A DNA stretch of 64,000 nt from Bdellovibrionales bacterium RIFOXYD12_FULL_39_22. GTDB lineage: Bacteria; Bdellovibrionota; Bacteriovoracia; Bacteriovoracales; Bacteriovoracaceae. A model generated the notes under the pieces. It was not told the DNA's origin. It worked only from the letters and a program-made list of their open reading frames with translations, and ran no database searches. Position numbers and translations under genes: made by a program. Positions 57,901-64,000 of this stretch are shown one piece after another. Every line of letters begins with the position of its first letter. Position 1 is the first letter of the stretch. The stretch lies in assembly GCA_001770205.1 (NCBI GenBank), contig MEQL01000035.1, positions 62,001-126,000 on the forward strand, given 5' to 3'.

Positions 57901-59556
57901 ATGTCAAAAAATGCAAAAAATGAATCACTTCTTTTGGGAGACGAGGCCGTTGGATTTGCCGCCATCGATGCGGGACTCACTGGTATTTTTGGTTATCCGG
58001 GAACTCCTTCGACGGAAGTTTTTGAGGCCGTAGAAGCAGAATTTAAAAAAAATGGTGTGGCCAACAGAGTTGCTCGTTGGGCGGCCAACGAAAAGGTTGG
58101 TTATGAATTCGCTCTAGGATGCAGCTACATTGGGAAGCGTTCTATGGTAACAATGAAACATGTCGGGCTTAATGTGGCGATGGACCCTTTTGTAAATTCC
58201 GCCATCACCGGTGTTAATGGTGGATTAGTGGTAGTAGTTGCTGATGATCCGGGGATGCATAGCAGTCAGAACGAACAAGATAGTCGCTATTTGGCCGATT
58301 TTGCCAATCTTCCCTGCTTAGAGCCCTCTACTCCTCAAGAGGCCTACGATTTTACCACTTACGCCTTCGAGCTTTCAGAAAAACTTCGTTTGCCGGTTCT
58401 ATTGCGTTTAGTGACGCGCCTTGCGCACACTAGAGGTGTCGTGGCCCGCCAAGAGATGAAAGAACCTACGGATTTGGGAATTCCCAATAGCGAATCGCGT
58501 TTTAATTGGGTATTGATTCCATCTAATGCTCGGCTGCAGTATCAACGCTTGCGCGATAATTTTGGCCAGTTATTAGAGGCGGCCGATGATTTTAATAAAT
58601 TTAAAAAAGGTGATCGACGAGGAGTGGTAGTTAGTGGAATGGGGAAGGCCAATTTTGACCAACTTTGCAAAGAGGAGGCAACTATTTCCAAATTTTCCAA
58701 ATTAGAAGTCATGGCCTATCCGCTTAATGATTCGTTAATCGATAAAATGTTAGAAAGCTGCGACGAGATATATATATTTGAGGAGAATTATCCATACATC
58801 GAAGATAAATTTATTGCAAAAACGCGCCAGACAAAAATTAGAGGGCGGCGCGATGGTACCTTGAATATTGCGGGAGAGCTTGATCCAGGAGTATTGCGAC
58901 AAGCGTTAAAGCTTTCCATGCCCGAGAAGAAAAAGGGACCGACAATTGATTTGCCGGCCCGCCCGCCACGTATGTGTGATGGTTGTGGGCATATTGATGC
59001 CTACAACGCAATGAAAGAGGCCTTTAATATCATCGGTGTTTCTGATCCACGAGTTTTTGGAGATATTGGTTGTTATACGCTGGGTGCTCAACCTCCTTTT
59101 GAAGGAATTGATACTTGTGTGGAAATGGGTGCTTCTCTGGGAATGGCCTTGGGGGCGGCAATGTCTGGGCAGGTACCGTCAGTGGGCGTTATTGGTGATT
59201 CTACTTTTTTTCACTCCGGACTTCCTACCTTAATCTCTCTAGTAGAGTCGAAAGTTAATGCTAATTTTGTGATTATGGATAATCGTATTACGGCAATGAC
59301 TGGCCAGCAGGAGGTAGTGGCCACCGATATTATTCCTCAATTGGCACAGGCCGCCGGCCTTTTGCCAGAGCAGGTGCATATTTTGACACCGTTACCAAAA
59401 AAACATGAGGAGAATGTAAAAAAGCTAGTAGAGATTTTTAAAAATAATCGGCCAGATCTAATTATTTTTAAGCGCGACTGCATACAGGCCATGCGCAAAG
59501 GCCTATATGCCAAGATCAATGAAGAAAAAAAAGCAGGAGGGCATGGCCATGAGTAG
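57901..59556 (+). CDS. iorA: Indolepyruvate:ferredoxin oxidoreductase alpha subunit
   Basis: Motifs GYPGTPSTE, NEKV, MKHVGLNVA, DDPGMHSSQNEQD, CDGCGH, DIGCY and GDSTFFHSG. Confidence 0.94.
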   Translation: MSKNAKNESLLLGDEAVGFAAIDAGLTGIFGYPGTPSTEVFEAVEAEFKKNGVANRVARWAANEKVGYEFALGCSYIGKRSMVTMKHVGLNVAMDPFVNSAITGVNGGLVVVVADDPGMHSSQNEQDSRYLADFANLPCLEPSTPQEAYDFTTYAFELSEKLRLPVLLRLVTRLAHTRGVVARQEMKEPTDLGIPNSESRFNWVLIPSNARLQYQRLRDNFGQLLEAADDFNKFKKGDRRGVVVSGMGKANFDQLCKEEATISKFSKLEVMAYPLNDSLIDKMLESCDEIYIFEENYPYIEDKFIAKTRQTKIRGRRDGTLNIAGELDPGVLRQALKLSMPEKKKGPTIDLPARPPRMCDGCGHIDAYNAMKEAFNIIGVSDPRVFGDIGCYTLGAQPPFEGIDTCVEMGASLGMALGAAMSGQVPSVGVIGDSTFFHSGLPTLISLVESKVNANFVIMDNRITAMTGQQEVVATDIIPQLAQAAGLLPEQVHILTPLPKKHEENVKKLVEIFKNNRPDLIIFKRDCIQAMRKGLYAKINEEKKAGGHGHE

Positions 59557-60142
59557 TGATAAATTGTATGGAATCATTGTCGCAGGAGTAGGAGGGCAAG
59601 GAGCAATTACCTTGGCCCAGCTTTTTTTAGGGGCGGCATGGCGCTCCAGACTGCATACTATGCAATCTGAAGTACATGGGATGAGTCAGCGAGGTGGATC
59701 AGTTAATGCCCAAATTTCTATCTCTAAAGCAGAAGTTACTGCCCCGCTGCTTCTTTCTGGTGCGGTGGATTTGTTGATAAGTATGGAGCCGCTGGAGGCC
59801 CTGCGTTATGTCCCTTTCCTTTCAAAAAATGCCACAATCATTACTTCTACTGAGCCGACGATAAATATGGACAACTATCCAGACATAAACCTGATATTGG
59901 GGGCATTACGAGAAATTCCTGGAACTATTTTAGTAGACACTGCTGAGCATGCTAAAAAGCTTGCGAATAAAAATGCTGGGAATATGGTACTTTTGGGAGT
60001 TGCTTCTAATTACACTCCTATTGATAAAACTATCTGGCATACCATTATTGAAGAGCGTTTTGCTAGCAAGGGAGAGAAAGTGGTAGTGAAAAATATTGAG
60101 GCCTTTGATATTGGAAAAAAAATTATCGCTCCAAGTAGTTAG
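59549..60142 (+). CDS. iorB: Indolepyruvate:ferredoxin oxidoreductase beta subunit
   Basis: Motifs GVGGQG, SEVHGMSQRGGSV, EPLEALR and NMVLLG. ATG follows GGAGG. Confidence 0.94.
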   Translation: MSSDKLYGIIVAGVGGQGAITLAQLFLGAAWRSRLHTMQSEVHGMSQRGGSVNAQISISKAEVTAPLLLSGAVDLLISMEPLEALRYVPFLSKNATIITSTEPTINMDNYPDINLILGALREIPGTILVDTAEHAKKLANKNAGNMVLLGVASNYTPIDKTIWHTIIEERFASKGEKVVVKNIEAFDIGKKIIAPSS

Positions 60143-60159
60143 ATTGCGATAGTTTTTTC

Positions 60160-62313
60160 ATGAGAAATTTTTTTAAATATATCATTCTTTTGATCCCTTA
60201 TTTGCTTATTATTTTTAGTTTTCTTTATTTAAAGAATGATCTAAAATCTTTTCGCCTTATTGAATCACTGGCCGCGGATCATCCAATCCGAGTTGATTAT
60301 GAAAAATTTCAAAGTATATATAAGGACGATAACCGCCTTTATGTTCTTTTAAAAAGTAAAGATGGTTCTACTTTTCTTCAAAATAGACTAACTCCGGTGT
60401 TTAAAAAATTGGTAAGGATGTTAGAGAGGGTAAAAAATCTAAGCACCATCAGCAATTTAGAGACTGCGCGCTACATTGTTCCGCACAATGGCCATTTTCA
60501 GCTGCGGCCATTTTTATCTCCGGAAGGCCACTTACTTTCGCAGGCAAAAGGCCATTTAGAATCAGAGCTTTTTTTAAATAATTTAATTAACAAAGAGGCC
60601 GATTCGGCCATTACTGTTTTGGTGGTAAGAGATAATTTAACGGCAAGAGAGAAGAAAAAAATTATTTTAAGCGTAGAAGATATTTTGGCCAAGGTGAAGA
60701 AGGAGTATGGCATTGATGGCCTTATTTTAGGTGATATTTTTACGCAGTATAATTTACAAAACGAAATTTTGAAAAATCAATTAATCGTTTTGCCGGTATT
60801 TTTGGTTGCCACCATTGTTATTTTTTATCTTTTTTTTGGATCATTTTTTGTGTCGTTTTTGAGTTTGTTCATTATTAGTATCGCCTATTCATCGACGTTT
60901 GTGCTTATGCTTTTTGTCGAGAAAACAATTTCACCACTTGCTTCACTTTCACTTGTTTTTGTTTTCGTTGTTACTACCTCCGACCTCATTCATTTTTTTT
61001 CTATCTATTCAAAAACAGACAAAACCAGCTATGAGAGGATCTGGATTCCATGTTTTTATACTTCGCTTACAACCTTTGTCGGTTTTTTAACGTTAGTTTT
61101 TAGTGAGATTGAACAGATAAGATTTTTTGGAATATATAGCTGTTTTGGTATTGCAATCGCTTTTGGTGTCACCTTTTATTTTCTGCCTTATATTATAAAT
61201 AATTTCTCGGAAATAAAAATGAAGAAATTGGCACTCGATTTTAAATTTCTTCCTTTTGTTGCCAAAAACAAAAAATCTATTTTGCTTGGTTATTTGGCAG
61301 TAATGATTCTATCAGCAGTGTCCATTGTCGATTTACAGTTTCAAGATCGTTATCTGAATTTATTTCCATCGTCACATCCTTTTTCTAAAAGTGTGGAGTC
61401 CTTCACCAAGAGTTTTTCTTTTGTAGGAACAGTTGATTTGCGGGTTAGGGCCCCTAGAAGTTTTTTACTCTCCTCCGAAGGAATCGCTAAGCTCGGGGAG
61501 TTAAATAGTGAACTCGTGGCCATTGACGGAGTTACAAATGTTTTGAGTTTGGTAAGTTTTGATAACTATGTGAAAGAGTTTTTGAACATTAGGCCAGAGG
61601 AGCGGCCAGCGTTTTTGAAGTTACTAGATCTTTTTGATGCTATGGAGATTTTTCTTCCGGGAAATTTCGATGAGACAAGGATGATTTTGCGGATAAACTC
61701 AATAGACACCCATGTACTAGATAAGGTCATCCAAGGTATTGAGACTGTTTCCCAGAAGAGGACATTTAGTTCCTTATTTAAAGTAGAAATTAGTGGTTAT
61801 TCGAGAGTACGTCACGATATTATGAGTTTGATTTTTAGCAGTTTTGTGCAATCACTTACAGGAACAGCGCTGCTTGTTTATATTGTGTTGATTGTCATGT
61901 TCCGTTCTATTTCCTTGGCCTCTATTGCGATGATACCGAATATATTTCCTGTCCTGATTATCTACGCAATTTGCGCATTTTTTCAGATACCTATTGATTA
62001 TAATCTAATAATTCTAAATGCCGCCATATTGGGGATCTCGGTGGATGATACAATTCATTTGATGTACCACTATACTCAGCGCAAAAATTATTCGTCCTAC
62101 GATAATCTAAAAATTACTTTAAGTGAGATATCAACGGCGCTAGTTAAAACAACTCTTTTTTTTATTCTAACCTTTCCCATTTTTTTTCTTACCTCCTTTA
62201 ATTTTTTTCATGAGATGGCCCTTTTGATAATTGTTGCTTTTACAGTGGCCTTGCTTTGTGACTTGTTTGTTTTGCCAGCAACTTTACTGATTAAAGACGG
62301 GGAACTGAAATAG
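60160..62313 (+). CDS. MMPL/RND-family membrane transporter
   Basis: Duplicated 1+5 TM architecture, with TSDLIH, TSLTTFVGF, AMIPN and GISVDDTIH. Confidence 0.85.
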   Translation: MRNFFKYIILLIPYLLIIFSFLYLKNDLKSFRLIESLAADHPIRVDYEKFQSIYKDDNRLYVLLKSKDGSTFLQNRLTPVFKKLVRMLERVKNLSTISNLETARYIVPHNGHFQLRPFLSPEGHLLSQAKGHLESELFLNNLINKEADSAITVLVVRDNLTAREKKKIILSVEDILAKVKKEYGIDGLILGDIFTQYNLQNEILKNQLIVLPVFLVATIVIFYLFFGSFFVSFLSLFIISIAYSSTFVLMLFVEKTISPLASLSLVFVFVVTTSDLIHFFSIYSKTDKTSYERIWIPCFYTSLTTFVGFLTLVFSEIEQIRFFGIYSCFGIAIAFGVTFYFLPYIINNFSEIKMKKLALDFKFLPFVAKNKKSILLGYLAVMILSAVSIVDLQFQDRYLNLFPSSHPFSKSVESFTKSFSFVGTVDLRVRAPRSFLLSSEGIAKLGELNSELVAIDGVTNVLSLVSFDNYVKEFLNIRPEERPAFLKLLDLFDAMEIFLPGNFDETRMILRINSIDTHVLDKVIQGIETVSQKRTFSSLFKVEISGYSRVRHDIMSLIFSSFVQSLTGTALLVYIVLIVMFRSISLASIAMIPNIFPVLIIYAICAFFQIPIDYNLIILNAAILGISVDDTIHLMYHYTQRKNYSSYDNLKITLSEISTALVKTTLFFILTFPIFFLTSFNFFHEMALLIIVAFTVALLCDLFVLPATLLIKDGELK

Positions 62314-62454
62314 TCGGCCTTCTGGTGGGCATTTTTATCTATACAACTAAATTATGTCCCTGAAAAAACTTTAGCTTACTTTTCTGTTTGGGCCTACTTT
62401 AAAGTTAGAGTACAATTATGGAGAAATGTATTTGATAAAATATTTGGAGGATTC

Positions 62455-64000
62455 ATGAAGATTTTTATTGTAACACTTTCTTTTTTAGCGATTAGCGCCT
62501 TAGGAGTTTATACGCTGACAAGTAATAAGTATAAATTTTCCGAAGAGGGGAAGCGAGCGATTGCTTATAGCGATAAATCATCAGAGTTGGAAGTAGATGG
62601 AGATCGATCGGTAATAGAGGAGATAAATGAAACAATTTTTGCAATTAGCACAGAAAAAGACATTGATAATCTAATTAAAAAAGTAGACGCAGAGTTAGCA
62701 GAGCGGCCGATGGATGCCACCTTGCTTGTGTATAGCGCAATAATTTCTCCGCTAAAAGTTTTTAAGAGTTTTGGTTGGAGGGTTCTAGAGCTAGATGCGC
62801 CTTTTGATTTTTGGGAAATAATGAGTGTTGCAGAACTTAGAGAGGTGGGCAAAAATTTGGATCGATGGGCCCCTCACTTTCGTCCACTATTTTACTATTT
62901 GCTTCAGGGGGCGGATCATAAAAATATTTCTCAGGATCGGGCCTTCAGTGATTTTCAGAGATATTATTTGGAGACAATATATCCTGAACTGAATAAGAGT
63001 ATTCAAAAACTAAGCAAAGTGGCGGAAGGAATTGAAGATTATAACGTAGAAATTTTTGAAATGAACACTGCCCTATTTTTGGGAACTTCAAAAAATGAAA
63101 TGATAAATGAGGATTATAAGCATCTTAAATTTACCATAGAGCATGTTAATTTTTTACTTTCCAACTTTCATCGAATACAGGCCGTTTTGACTTATATTGC
63201 TTCTTATGATTTTGATGCGCTTAAAGCTTTTAGGGCATCGGTTGATGTCTACAATATGGGAAAAACTTTATTGGAAGGGACCTTTACGAATAACGATTAT
63301 AAGTTTTTACCACATGACTTTAGATATTATGAGGCCCTCCATGATGAGCGAATGAAGCATTATTTAAAAATTACCCACAAAAAAGATTTGAGCAAACTTT
63401 TTACTTTGAAAAATAATATGATTGTCAATTTGTCTCAAGAAAGAGTGCATACACTGGCCGCTTCGTTAGAGCATTTTCGACTTGCTAATAAATATAGAAT
63501 CAAGGCGGTGGATGGACTTAATATACAAAAGGATTATCCATCACCGCAAATTAAAAATCTTATCAATGCTGAAAACTATTTATCGCAAATTTGGGTTAAT
63601 AAGAAGACTTTGAAGAAAAGGGGAGAGGTGCTAAATTCAAATGGTGCCTATTCCTTTAAAGACGCTTTTTATACCTTTAGTTTTAATATAAATTTTTCTT
63701 CGTTGTTTGACCCAAAAAATCCTGCAATTTTTGATTTAAAAAAACTTATGCCAACTAAGGCCAATTTCGCTGGCCGAAATCGGACACCACTGGAGAGATT
63801 AAAAAATCAGATGGGAAAGACTGATAGTGAAAAATGGTTGATGAGTTTTGAAGATGATTCGCCAACTTCGTTGCCAGATTATAGATTCGGGCAATTATTT
63901 CCAAATGCGTCCTCGATGCAAGATTTGAAAGCGATTACTGGATCACTGGGACGAGATAATGCCCTGCCCTTTCTTAATGTTTGGTTGAGCTTATTCTTTT
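62455..64000 (+). CDS. Hypothetical secreted protein (3'-truncated by the window edge)
   Basis: GGAGG RBS, then ATG and a signal peptide (MKIFIVTLSFLAISALG). The frame stays open to the window end, which explains its absence from the ORF track. Confidence 0.75.
   Translation, partial: MKIFIVTLSFLAISALGVYTLTSNKYKFSEEGKRAIAYSDKSSELEVDGDRSVIEEINETIFAISTEKDIDNLIKKVDAELAERPMDATLLVYSAIISPLKVFKSFGWRVLELDAPFDFWEIMSVAELREVGKNLDRWAPHFRPLFYYLLQGADHKNISQDRAFSDFQRYYLETIYPELNKSIQKLSKVAEGIEDYNVEIFEMNTALFLGTSKNEMINEDYKHLKFTIEHVNFLLSNFHRIQAVLTYIASYDFDALKAFRASVDVYNMGKTLLEGTFTNNDYKFLPHDFRYYEALHDERMKHYLKITHKKDLSKLFTLKNNMIVNLSQERVHTLAASLEHFRLANKYRIKAVDGLNIQKDYPSPQIKNLINAENYLSQIWVNKKTLKKRGEVLNSNGAYSFKDAFYTFSFNINFSSLFDPKNPAIFDLKKLMPTKANFAGRNRTPLERLKNQMGKTDSEKWLMSFEDDSPTSLPDYRFGQLFPNASSMQDLKAITGSLGRDNALPFLNVWLSLFF

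Noticed and set aside
1..64000. CRISPR arrays, tRNA/rRNA genes, IS elements, integrases or prophage
   Set aside because: I saw no spaced direct repeats, cloverleaf or T-loop signatures, or transposase, integrase or phage motifs. Intergenic gaps are short.

Overview
AT-rich, gene-dense chromosomal window with no rRNA, tRNA, CRISPR array or mobile element that I can recognise. Gene content suggests a Bdellovibrionota/Bacteriovoracaceae-like bacterium (inference): kdsB-pyrG-kdsA-kdsC, PilZ proteins, secreted Cys-rich hypotheticals, DacB plus an L,D-transpeptidase, and FliA-like promoters. From left to right: (1) the tail of an anaerobic purine/urate degradation cluster (carbamate kinase, ygeW, ygeY, xanthine dehydrogenase-type molybdenum hydroxylase, ssnA); (2) a complete hdrCBA-flxDCBA electron-bifurcation operon; (3) housekeeping and accessory genes (bioY, DEAD-box helicase, uppP, a 1636-aa Cys-rich lipoprotein, cinA, nfeD-slipin, guaD, TolC-like protein, Kdo/CTP genes, gpsA); (4) a peptidoglycan-enzyme island with DacB, an L,D-transpeptidase and two convergent paralogous gene pairs, each a goose-type-lysozyme-like enzyme followed by a membrane-anchored helical protein; (5) an orphan C5 DNA methyltransferase in a strongly GGCC-enriched sequence; (6) three adjacent apparent pseudoenzymes beside mnmA; (7) iorAB, an MMPL transporter and a truncated secreted protein. 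The lysozyme/partner pairs are the best candidate for an undescribed system (putative enzyme-immunity modules). All calls come from motif reading by eye; no database searches were run.
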